DNA of 64,000 nucleotides, taken from IMG/VR virus record IMGVR_UViG_3300028840_008157. One strand, 5' to 3'. A program made the position numbers and the translations under genes. The notes under the pieces were generated by a model, which worked only from the letters and a program-made list of their open reading frames with translations, was not told the DNA's origin and did no database searches. The DNA is from a virus. Its lineage: Duplodnaviria; Heunggongvirae; Uroviricota; Caudoviricetes. This document shows, piece after piece, positions 46,315 to 54,720 of the stretch (positions are counted from its first letter, which is position 1; each line of letters opens with the position of its first letter).

Positions 46315-48803
46315 TCCTTCGTCTCCTCCCGTGGCTTCTTCGGGCGAGACTTCTTCGGTTTCTTGACGGAGAACGACAACTCCTCGTCGTCCTTCTTGGA
46401 CACGGTCACGACGCATCCGAACTCGAGCTGCTCCTTGAGCATCATCTCCCCGAACTGGTCTTCGACGTGTAGCTCGATGGCGCGCCTCAACGGCCTAGCG
46501 CCCATGTCGGGGTTGAAGCCCTTCTCGAACAGCCACTCCTTCGCCTCCTTCTCGACGACCATCGCGACGCCATGCTCGTCCAGGACGCGCTGGAACTTGG
46601 ACAGCTCGAGGTCGATGATATTGAAGATGTCATCCTTGCTCAGGGCGCGGAACACGACCACGTCATCCAGCCGGTTGATGAACTCCGGCCTGAACACCTT
46701 CTCCATCTCCTGCTTGAGCGTCGACTTCATCTGCTCGTGAGACGCGGTGGGGTCCTTCTTGCCGAACCCCAGCGAACCCTGTCCCTTGATGGCTTGCGCC
46801 CCGACGTTGGACGTCATGATGATGATGGTGTTCCTGAAGTCGACCGTCCTGCCGAGGCCGTCCGTCATGCGGCCGTCCTCCATAACCTGTAGGAGGACGT
46901 TAAAGACGTCGTAATGCGCCTTCTCGATCTCGTCCAGGAGGATGACCGAGAACGGTCGCCTGCGGACGCGTTCGGTGAGCTGTCCGCCCTCCTCGTAGCC
47001 GACATACCCCGGAGGAGCCCCCATCAGCCTGCTGACGGTATGCTTCTCCATGTACTCGGACATGTCGACCTGGACAAGCGCGTCCTCCGAGCCGAACATC
47101 TGCTCGGCGAGCGTCTTCGCCATGAGCGTCTTGCCTACGCCAGTCGGGCCCATGAAGAGGAAGCAGGCGATAGGTCGCTTGATGGGTCGAAGCCCGGAGC
47201 GTCCCCTCCGGACGGCCCTCGAGACGGCCTCGATGGCCTCCTTCTGCGAGATGATGCTCTTGCTCATCTCCTCGCCTAGCTTCAGGACCTTCTCGGCCTC
47301 GGACCCGGAGACGCGTTGCAACGGGACGCCGCTGATCATCGAGACGACCTCGCGGACGACCTCCTCATTGACCTCGCCCGTCAGGTCGGGCTCGTTCATG
47401 GTCGCCGCGCTGAGCCTGTTGCGCAGGCTAGTCAACTTCTCGATCCTGTCCCTGTATTCGGCCGCCAGCTCGAACTTCTGGTTGGCGACCGACTTCTGCT
47501 TCATCTCGTCCATCATGAGGCGCAGGTCTTCCAGCGCCTTCAGTTCCGCTCCATAGACCGACCCGGAGACGAGCAGCCTGAGCCTCGCGCCGGCCTCGTC
47601 GATGACGTCGATGGCCTTGTCCGGCAGGAACCTGGACGTGACGTAGCGGTTGCTTAGCCTCACGGACTCCGTCAGGGCGTCGTCCGTGATGGATACCTTG
47701 TGGAAGTCCTCGTAATGTTTTCTCAAGCCCTCCAGGATGGCGATGGCGTGCTTCTCGTCGGGCTCGTTGACGACGATCGGCTGGAACCTGCGATCCAGCG
47801 CGGAGTCCTTCTCGATGTACTTGCGGTACTCGTCCATCGTCGTCGCGCCGACGCATTGCAGCTCGCCGCGCGCGAGGGCGGGCTTGAGCGTGTTCGCCGC
47901 GTCAACGGCCCCCTCGGCGTTGCCGGCTCCGACCAGGGTATGGAGCTCGTCGATGAACAGGACGACGTTCTTGACGCGTGCGATCTCGCCCATGACGGCC
48001 TTGAGCCGCTCCTCGAACTGGCCGCGATACTTGGTCCCGGCGATCATGGCCGCCAAATCTAGCTCGATGACGCGCTTGCCCATCAGGGCCCGCGGAGCCT
48101 CGCCGCGGGAGATCATCTGCGCGAGTCCCTCCACGATGGCCGTCTTGCCGACACCGGCATCCCCGATCAAGACGGGGTTGTTCTTGCGCCTGCGCATGAG
48201 GACCTGAAGGACGCGCTTCGTTTCCGTGACCCTGCCGATGACCGGGTCGAGCTTCCCTTCCGTGGCGAGCTTCGTCAGGTCGCGTCCGAACGCGTCGAGC
48301 GCGGGCGTCTTTGACCGCTCCTTCTTCGACTTGCCCGAGGCGCCCTCCTCCTTGTCCTCCGTCTTGGAATCCGGCGAGACGTACCGCATGATGGATTCCT
48401 TGACATCCTCCATGTTGACGCCGAGGTTGTTGAGGACGGAACAGGCGATCCCTTCCGAGTCGCGTAGTATGCCCAACAGTATGTGCTCGGTCCCCACGTA
48501 GGTAGCCCCGAGGGCCACGGCCTCCCGCTGGGCCAGTGTCAATACCTGCTTAAGCCGTGGGGTCAGCGGAAGGTCGCCGATGGTCTCGACGTTGGAGGCC
48601 GGGGTGGTCTGTCGGACGACCTCCATCTTTACCTTGTCGTACTCGACGTTCATGCCCTCCAAGGCGTCCTTCGCGACGCCTTCCACCCTGAGTATGCCCA
48701 GGAGGACGTGCTCCGTGCCTATGTAGTCGTGTCCCATGTCCTTGGACTCTTCTCGGGCCAGGGAAATGGACTTGCGGGCGGTTTCCGTGAACTTGTCAAG
48801 CAT
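46299..48803 (-). CDS. clpC: ClpC-type AAA+ chaperone / Clp protease ATP-binding subunit
   Basis: Two Clp N repeats ([10 protein letters not shown]), GDAGVGKT and GPTGVGKT Walker A motifs, UVR middle domain, [12 protein letters not shown] ClpP-docking loop. Confidence 0.95.
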   Translation of the reverse strand: MLDKFTETARKSISLAREESKDMGHDYIGTEHVLLGILRVEGVAKDALEGMNVEYDKVKMEVVRQTTPASNVETIGDLPLTPRLKQVLTLAQREAVALGATYVGTEHILLGILRDSEGIACSVLNNLGVNMEDVKESIMRYVSPDSKTEDKEEGASGKSKKERSKTPALDAFGRDLTKLATEGKLDPVIGRVTETKRVLQVLMRRRKNNPVLIGDAGVGKTAIVEGLAQMISRGEAPRALMGKRVIELDLAAMIAGTKYRGQFEERLKAVMGEIARVKNVVLFIDELHTLVGAGNAEGAVDAANTLKPALARGELQCVGATTMDEYRKYIEKDSALDRRFQPIVVNEPDEKHAIAILEGLRKHYEDFHKVSITDDALTESVRLSNRYVTSRFLPDKAIDVIDEAGARLRLLVSGSVYGAELKALEDLRLMMDEMKQKSVANQKFELAAEYRDRIEKLTSLRNRLSAATMNEPDLTGEVNEEVVREVVSMISGVPLQRVSGSEAEKVLKLGEEMSKSIISQKEAIEAVSRAVRRGRSGLRPIKRPIACFLFMGPTGVGKTLMAKTLAEQMFGSEDALVQVDMSEYMEKHTVSRLMGAPPGYVGYEEGGQLTERVRRRPFSVILLDEIEKAHYDVFNVLLQVMEDGRMTDGLGRTVDFRNTIIIMTSNVGAQAIKGQGSLGFGKKDPTASHEQMKSTLKQEMEKVFRPEFINRLDDVVVFRALSKDDIFNIIDLELSKFQRVLDEHGVAMVVEKEAKEWLFEKGFNPDMGARPLRRAIELHVEDQFGEMMLKEQLEFGCVVTVSKKDDEELSFSVKKPKKSRPKKPREETKECPTS

Positions 48804-49113
48804 CTTTCATCTTCCCCATTGAGTTCCACATCGGATGCGTTTCGTCAGCCGATTCCGGGAGGGGTACCTCGATCTCCTGGTCATGATGACGGACGAGTAT
48901 CTGGTCTATGATCTCTGGAGTCAGCTCGACGACCCAGAACTTGCGTTCCTGGCGCAGTATGCCAGACACGATGGCCGGAAAACGCCTGCCATCATGGCAT
49001 AACTCTATTATTTCCCATGGTTTTAGGTTATCGAACTTGGCGTTCAGGAGCTCGAACGCCTCATCCTTCGTCAGAACCTTCGGCATCTCGCGCTCCTCCT
49101 CCATGTTCATCAT
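48796..49113 (-). CDS. Hypothetical protein
   Basis: ORF overlapping the clpC start; exact start uncertain. Confidence 0.55.
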   Translation of the reverse strand: MMNMEEEREMPKVLTKDEAFELLNAKFDNLKPWEIIELCHDGRRFPAIVSGILRQERKFWVVELTPEIIDQILVRHHDQEIEVPLPESADETHPMWNSMGKMKDA

Positions 49114-49366
49114 ACCTCTGGATGGGGATCGCGCAAGACGTTTTGAGGAATTTGCAGTGTGCGTGCAGCCACGCGATGGTCGCGTCCGGGTCGGCGGACA
49201 TGCTCTCCAGCCCGGCTGGGATGCCCGACCTGTTGTTCGGTCCGGACTTCCATTTCCTGAGCCACAGGTACTCCTCGCGGGGCATGGACATGTCGGTCCG
49301 GTAGTTCTCCGGGACCGTGGCCCGCGTCCTGGTACGCTTCTTTTTCCTGAGCTTCTTCCGCCTCAT
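49061..49366 (-). CDS. Hypothetical basic protein
   Basis: TAAGG RBS, downstream of the minus-strand promoter motif. Confidence 0.5.
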   Translation of the reverse strand: MRRKKLRKKKRTRTRATVPENYRTDMSMPREEYLWLRKWKSGPNNRSGIPAGLESMSADPDATIAWLHAHCKFLKTSCAIPIQRYDEHGGGARDAEGSDEG

Positions 49367-49374
49367 ACCTTACT

Positions 49375-49447
49375 TTTCGGAGACGCCTGGTCCCCGTCCT
49401 TTCCACGCGCCGTATGATCAAAGGGACGGGGTCGAGGGATGTAGAAA
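49375..49447. promoter_or_regulatory. Back-to-back pair of AGG(A/G)-N18-GAAA promoter motifs
   Basis: Minus: AGGA(49400-49397)-N18-GAAA(49378-49375). Plus: AGGG(49422)-N18-GAAA(49444). Inverted CCCCGTCCTT/AGGGACGGGG arms between divergent genes. Confidence 0.5.
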
Positions 49448-49466
49448 TCCACAATGGAGGATAAGA

Positions 49467-49736
49467 ATGGGTTGTCCCTCGTGTTCTAGGTCGAGAAAAG
49501 ACCCGCAACCCGTCCGGAATTACGTTCCGCCGGCCCCGGCAAAAAGATCGACGGCCCCTAAGCCGGTCCCGCAGATCATCAGCGTGGCGGCCCGGGAGAG
49601 GCATGCCGAACGGATTTGCGAGAAATGCGGATGGATGTGGAAGCGCATCAGGTACATCGACGTGAAGACGAGCACCATCGTGGAGAAGTTCTGTTGCCCG
49701 AACAGGCATTGTACTGAGTTCCAGGTCGAGAAATGA
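49467..49736 (+). CDS. Small Cys-rich (Zn-binding) protein
   Basis: GGAGG RBS; MGCPSC, CEKC, CCPNRHC. Confidence 0.7.
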   Translation: MGCPSCSRSRKDPQPVRNYVPPAPAKRSTAPKPVPQIISVAARERHAERICEKCGWMWKRIRYIDVKTSTIVEKFCCPNRHCTEFQVEK

Positions 49737-50176
49737 ACGAGACGTTGGAATCGCTGGTTTGGACGTTGAACGTCCTCATTTGGACCGGGTTGTCGTCTCT
49801 GGCGATCGACAACGTGACCAGCATCTTGACGTCCGTCGACCTCCTGGAAAGGCCGCGCTTGTGGTTCGCGAGCAAGTTGCCCAGGCTCGCGAATCTCGCG
49901 AGCTGCGCCTTCTGCCAGTCATGGTGGCTATGCTTCCCGACTGGTATTTCAGTGGTCTATTTTCCGGACGCCCGCGTCGTCCAGGCTTTCATCGTCGCCA
50001 TGGTCATTCACCGCGTCAGTCAATTCCTGTACGAGTTCTTCGATCGTTACCTCAACAGGGCTCCGATGAACCTGTTCGCGACGGTCGTCAAGCCTGGATC
50101 AGGAGACGAAGTAAAACCCGGACTGGAGGACGGCGGTCCCGAATCGGGTGGTGACGGAGACGTCGGAAGCCCCTAG
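49733..50176 (+). CDS. Membrane protein, DUF1360-like
   Basis: Hydrophobic helices and LASCAFCQSWW (CxxC..W) motif. Confidence 0.65.
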   Translation: MNETLESLVWTLNVLIWTGLSSLAIDNVTSILTSVDLLERPRLWFASKLPRLANLASCAFCQSWWLCFPTGISVVYFPDARVVQAFIVAMVIHRVSQFLYEFFDRYLNRAPMNLFATVVKPGSGDEVKPGLEDGGPESGGDGDVGSP

Positions 50177-50914
50177 CGCGTGTTCCGGCGTCAGGCAACG
50201 GATGGTCTTCTCGTTGACGATGGACACGTCCGTCGCCACCTCGTCGTCGAACAGGACCTTCGCGCCGGGATAGAAATGATCCCCCCTGATCGTCACGACT
50301 TGTCGGCCGACCGTAGGGCCGACCGGCAGGCTTTCCGCGATGGACCTCACGTCCGTGATCGACGGCCCGTCGTCTCCCCTCGGTAGCTCGGCTTCTTGGT
50401 CCTTGACGTGCGTTATGTCGTCGGATGGCCCGTCGTACCAGTAGAGCTTCGTTATGAACGGGAAGAGGTTCCTCGCGTTCCCGTACTTCTTGCTGAACGA
50501 ATCGAGGATGTAACCGACGTTGTACCACTCGAGGATGTCGATGACGACGTCGGCCGGGATGCCGGAGCGCCAGGGGTTCGACCTCGGAGTCTCGTCGTCG
50601 AAGAAATTCCCCACCAGCGTGACCATGCTGCCCGACGCGAGCAGGACCTTGCTCTCCCACGGCATCCCGACGTAGTGAGACGGGCGACTGCAACGATCCT
50701 CCTCGAACTTGGCATCGCAGCTCAAGTACATGGGGACCGTTTGCAACTCCGTGTCTCGAGAATCGTAGAGAAGGGTCGGGATGCCCCCGGACTCGATGAC
50801 CATCTGCGCGCCGCTCAGCAGGACGCCGATGCGCTCGTCGTCGTTCCCGGAGACGATGACGAACGACCCGCGCCCGAACCCGGACGCCTCGGAGAGGAAT
50901 TCCGCTGGGGTCAC
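50099..50914 (-). CDS. IPT/TIG (Ig-like) domain protein
   Basis: GTG 50914 overlapping the upstream stop; GPTVG..VTIRGDHFYPGAKVLF..IVNEKTIRCLTP..DVSVT..FYF. Confidence 0.75.
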   Translation of the reverse strand: MTPAEFLSEASGFGRGSFVIVSGNDDERIGVLLSGAQMVIESGGIPTLLYDSRDTELQTVPMYLSCDAKFEEDRCSRPSHYVGMPWESKVLLASGSMVTLVGNFFDDETPRSNPWRSGIPADVVIDILEWYNVGYILDSFSKKYGNARNLFPFITKLYWYDGPSDDITHVKDQEAELPRGDDGPSITDVRSIAESLPVGPTVGRQVVTIRGDHFYPGAKVLFDDEVATDVSIVNEKTIRCLTPEHALGASDVSVTTRFGTAVLQSGFYFVS

Positions 50915-53900
50915 GAGCTTACCACCATGTTGCCGTCGGACAGCAGCCGCACGTCGTTGAACGAGGCGAACTGCCCGTAGCCGTATTGGAAGTAGACGTT
51001 CCCGTCCTCGTCCATCTTGACGACGCGCCCGCGCCCGACCATGGCGTCGAACGTCTTCTCGACGACCAGGAGGTTTCCGGACTCGTCGACCCTGACGTCG
51101 GCGCAATAAGAGCCATCGGACGTGTATTGGTCGTAGACGACGCGCCCTGACGCCTTGTGGATGATCTTTACGCGCCCGCGATACTCCTCGATGACGTCGT
51201 AGTCCGTCTGGGAGGAGGTCGTCCCCGTCTCCGTGGTCGTCGCGGTGGTCGTCGCGGCCGTCGTCGTAGTAGCCTCCCCTTCCGTCACGGTCTCCGCCGT
51301 GGCTCCCTCCGCCAACGGGTCGCCTTCCGTCACGATGGCCGTCGTCCCGGTCGACTCCTGGACCGATTGGACGGCGACCGTCTGTTGCGCCGCCGTGGAG
51401 GAATCCTGGACGCCTCCCCCCACCGTGGCTACGACGTCCCTGTTGATGGCGTTCGCCACCGACGTCGTCGATGGAGGAGCCTCGTCCTTCGTGATGCCGC
51501 CGACGGCGACGTGGTTCGCGTCGACCTCGACGGCCGCTCCGATGGACAGGAGGGAGAAGTCGACGGAGTCGTCCGAGAACGAGACTTCGCCGGTATCTGG
51601 GTCCATCTCCAGGACGGACGTGATCTCGGACCGCCCGACGCCGGTCAAAGGGTCCCCGCCATCGCTCGTCACGAGCAGCGGCTTGGCGTTCCCGATGAGC
51701 CACGTCCCCTCGCTGGTGATCTCGGCGGATATGGGCCTGTGGATTCCGCCCACGTACTTCAGGTCGCCGACGAATATCTCAAGCCCCCTTGGCCCGACGA
51801 GGGCGGCGTAGTTCTCGTTGTCGGGGTTGAACCCGTCCTGGACGGCGCCGTCGTCGATGGCCAGGAACAAGCGGGAATCGGTTATGTTGGGGGACGCCAG
51901 GAAGGACGTCAGCTCGCCGGCGTGCGCGTCGCTCAGGATGACCTTCAGCACGTTGGTCCCGGAGTCGCCCAGCGCCCCCGCCGGGAGCGAGACCGTGTCG
52001 ACGCTGGGGGACAGCGTCATGCTGAACCCGGCCCCGCGGATCGTGAACTTGGTCAGGTCGACCGACTCCGGGGAGACGTTTCTGGACCAGCAGACGTACA
52101 GGTGGCCGTCATCCTGGACGTAGGAGGTCGTCAACGGGTAGAGGTCGTTCTCGATGAACCGGACGTTGTTGCTTCCGAGCCCCTTGATGATGTTGCCGTC
52201 CCGGTCCAGGAGCAATACCCTGTCGTTCATGGCGTCCGCCACGAGGTACGTCCGGTCGTCGAGTCGCTTGACCGTCGACGCCCCGTCTATGCCGGTGTTG
52301 ACGGACGTCAGTGTCGCGGCCGCAGCCTGCATGGGCGACAGCGGGAACTCGGAGCCCGTGATCCCGATGACCGGGACGCCTAGCCGGTCAACCTGTTGGA
52401 CGCTGTTGTTCGTCCCGTAGTAATAATCCCCCGTGTCGATGCGACCCTCGATCAGGACGTCGCCCGGGTCCTCCACGATGGCGTTGACGATGCGCGTGGC
52501 TCGCAGGAAGTCCTGCGTCGTGGTCACCGTCAAGCCCGCGTCCTCGCTCGTGGTGATGTATGTCAGCGTTATGGACCGAACCGAGGGGCTCGACGTCTTG
52601 GCGGAGTTGGAGAACAACGCCAGCTCGATCTCTACGTTCGTGTTGTCGGGGATGTTCGGCGACAATCCCGACACCTCGAAGTAGTCGCCCCACTGGACGG
52701 ACGTCCCCTGGTCCATGGCCGCGAAATTGGAGGCGCTTCTGGCCCTGGCCTTGATCTGCCCGTCGTTGATGTCGCCGTCCCACGAGATCGCCGCCCACGT
52801 CGACTTCTGGGGCGTCTGTATCCTGAACCTGATGTACCCGTTGGGGTCGAAGAATATCGTGTTGTTGAGTCGGATGCGGTCGACGTTGCAGACGACCTCC
52901 TCGTTGACGTCCCAGCCGAGGGCCGTGTCCGTGTAGAGGCGGATGCCCCATACGGCGTTCCGGGTCGTCAGCGTGCTTATGTCTCGGATGACGTCCTTGA
53001 AGCCCGTCGTGATCTCGCCCGCGTCCAGCAGGATGAAGTCTTCCAGGACGTCGTAGTCCTGCGTCGCCGAGTTGTAGGGCCCGAGAATCTGGAACCTGAT
53101 CTGGCCGTGCGTGGTCGACAGGGTTGAGATGGCCACCTCGATCTCGTTGTAACCCGTCCAATCCTGCGCCTCGTCGAATATCCTGCTCGACCTGAGCTGG
53201 AACCCCTGCTCGATCTTGAGCTTGGCCGAGAACGCGCCGTCCACCTTGATCGAGGAGTCGCTGTTGAAGCTCGAATCGTCGTTCGTCGCCTTGGTCGTCA
53301 GGCTCCAGTTCGGGATCGCCACGTCGTTGGCGAAGACGTTGTCGAAACCCTCCACGATGAGCTCGCTGACGGGCCTCGTCAGTCTCACGTAGTCGTCCCC
53401 GTCCGGTTGCGTCAGGATGTCCATGTTCACGCGCGTGACGGCACGACTGAAGTCATAAGCCGAAGTCCACGTTGTGCTGAGGAGCTGCCCTCCAAGCGAA
53501 GGGATGCCCTGGATGGCATGATTATACTTGTCGACGACGGCCGTCGTCGCGACATAATCCGTAAATGAGTCTGGACTTATGCCAGGTATCAAGGCGAGCA
53601 GGTTGGTTGCGTAGGCGTCCACCTCGTCCCAGATATGTTTCATGGCGAGGTAGAGCTGGAGCATGTTTATGCCAGCGAGCTCTCCGAGGAGCCTGACGTT
53701 CGGGTTGTTCAGGTTGCGGACGAACGTGTCAAGCTGGGCGTGCGTCAGGATGCCGCTGTGGAGCAGGTCGCTGTGTTCAAGCGTCGGGAGCCTGCCCGGG
53801 GAAATCTGCCCGCTCACGATCTTCGACGCGTCGATCCCGTCGACCCTGAAGCCGGGCAACTGCCCGATGACCTCGGTCTGCAAGTTCACCTTCGACGGGG

Positions 53901-54393
53901 AGTCCGTTCCTCCCCGGTGCCGGTGCTGGTTGATGAGCGTCTTGATCGTCTCGATGAAGGAGATGTCGTTTCGTCCGCTCGTGTCGACGCTCTCGACGGT
54001 GGCGTCGCCCGTCGTGACGGCCCCCAGCAGGATGGCCTGCGTCGAGTTGTAGATGACGACGTCCGAGAAGAAGTAGACGTCCCGGTTGTAGCGCGTCTCG
54101 TCGATGGCCTGGGCGTAGATGTAGTTCGTCGAGTTGGGCGTCAGGCCGCTCACCGTCCTGGGCTCCGTCGTCAGCGCCGACATGAAGTTGATGTGTCCGC
54201 GCCCGGCGGATACGGAGACGTTCAGGCCGCCGGCGAGCGATATGTCCCAGCCCTCGATGACGCCGTTCCCGAACACCTGGAACAAGCCCAACAACTGACG
54301 GTCGATGGTCAGGAATCGACGGGCGTCCTCGGCGGCGTTGAGCGGTTCGCCAACCTCGACGGACGACAGCCTGTAATGTTCGGTATACCTCAT
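50911..54393 (-). CDS. Large tail-associated protein (fibre/baseplate-like) with beta-propeller C-terminus
   Basis: 1160 aa; N-terminal GNGVIEGW..VSVSAGRG fibre-like segment; HRH motif; YLVADAMNDRVLLLD propeller blades; Thr-rich linker. Confidence 0.7.
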   Translation of the reverse strand: MRYTEHYRLSSVEVGEPLNAAEDARRFLTIDRQLLGLFQVFGNGVIEGWDISLAGGLNVSVSAGRGHINFMSALTTEPRTVSGLTPNSTNYIYAQAIDETRYNRDVYFFSDVVIYNSTQAILLGAVTTGDATVESVDTSGRNDISFIETIKTLINQHRHRGGTDSPSKVNLQTEVIGQLPGFRVDGIDASKIVSGQISPGRLPTLEHSDLLHSGILTHAQLDTFVRNLNNPNVRLLGELAGINMLQLYLAMKHIWDEVDAYATNLLALIPGISPDSFTDYVATTAVVDKYNHAIQGIPSLGGQLLSTTWTSAYDFSRAVTRVNMDILTQPDGDDYVRLTRPVSELIVEGFDNVFANDVAIPNWSLTTKATNDDSSFNSDSSIKVDGAFSAKLKIEQGFQLRSSRIFDEAQDWTGYNEIEVAISTLSTTHGQIRFQILGPYNSATQDYDVLEDFILLDAGEITTGFKDVIRDISTLTTRNAVWGIRLYTDTALGWDVNEEVVCNVDRIRLNNTIFFDPNGYIRFRIQTPQKSTWAAISWDGDINDGQIKARARSASNFAAMDQGTSVQWGDYFEVSGLSPNIPDNTNVEIELALFSNSAKTSSPSVRSITLTYITTSEDAGLTVTTTQDFLRATRIVNAIVEDPGDVLIEGRIDTGDYYYGTNNSVQQVDRLGVPVIGITGSEFPLSPMQAAAATLTSVNTGIDGASTVKRLDDRTYLVADAMNDRVLLLDRDGNIIKGLGSNNVRFIENDLYPLTTSYVQDDGHLYVCWSRNVSPESVDLTKFTIRGAGFSMTLSPSVDTVSLPAGALGDSGTNVLKVILSDAHAGELTSFLASPNITDSRLFLAIDDGAVQDGFNPDNENYAALVGPRGLEIFVGDLKYVGGIHRPISAEITSEGTWLIGNAKPLLVTSDGGDPLTGVGRSEITSVLEMDPDTGEVSFSDDSVDFSLLSIGAAVEVDANHVAVGGITKDEAPPSTTSVANAINRDVVATVGGGVQDSSTAAQQTVAVQSVQESTGTTAIVTEGDPLAEGATAETVTEGEATTTTAATTTATTTETGTTSSQTDYDVIEEYRGRVKIIHKASGRVVYDQYTSDGSYCADVRVDESGNLLVVEKTFDAMVGRGRVVKMDEDGNVYFQYGYGQFASFNDVRLLSDGNMVVSS

Positions 54394-54402
54394 GTCCTCA
54401 CC

Positions 54403-54690
54403 TCACGGCCCGGCGACCGTCGGGTCGCCGACGATGCTCGCCCCGACCACGTGGTACCAGTTACCATCATTGTCGCCGCCCTCGGTTACCTGCCCTGGAA
54501 GGGCGTTCAGGAAGCGACCGTCCCAATCGCCGAACGACAAGTTCTGGATGGCGTTGACCGAGCGATCGACGGTGGTCCTGACCTGCCTCTGGATCGTGTC
54601 CCTGAAATTGGTTGGGTCGAGCCTCCACAACGGCATCGTCGGGGACGTCGAGTCAATCGTCATCTCGTTCCGCACTGGTCCATCAGGCAT
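54403..54690 (-). CDS. Small hypothetical tail-region protein
   Basis: AGGAGG RBS. Confidence 0.7.
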   Translation of the reverse strand: MPDGPVRNEMTIDSTSPTMPLWRLDPTNFRDTIQRQVRTTVDRSVNAIQNLSFGDWDGRFLNALPGQVTEGGDNDGNWYHVVGASIVGDPTVAGP

Positions 54691-54720
54691 GTCGTTGGCC
54701 TCCTATGACTAGGTTCGACG

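Noticed and set aside
36709-48803. Bacterial chromosome segment or prophage boundary
   Set aside because: topA and clpC are interleaved with phage-type genes (Gp88, NT5C, small ORFs) in the same codon style; no integrase, att site or host operon is visible.
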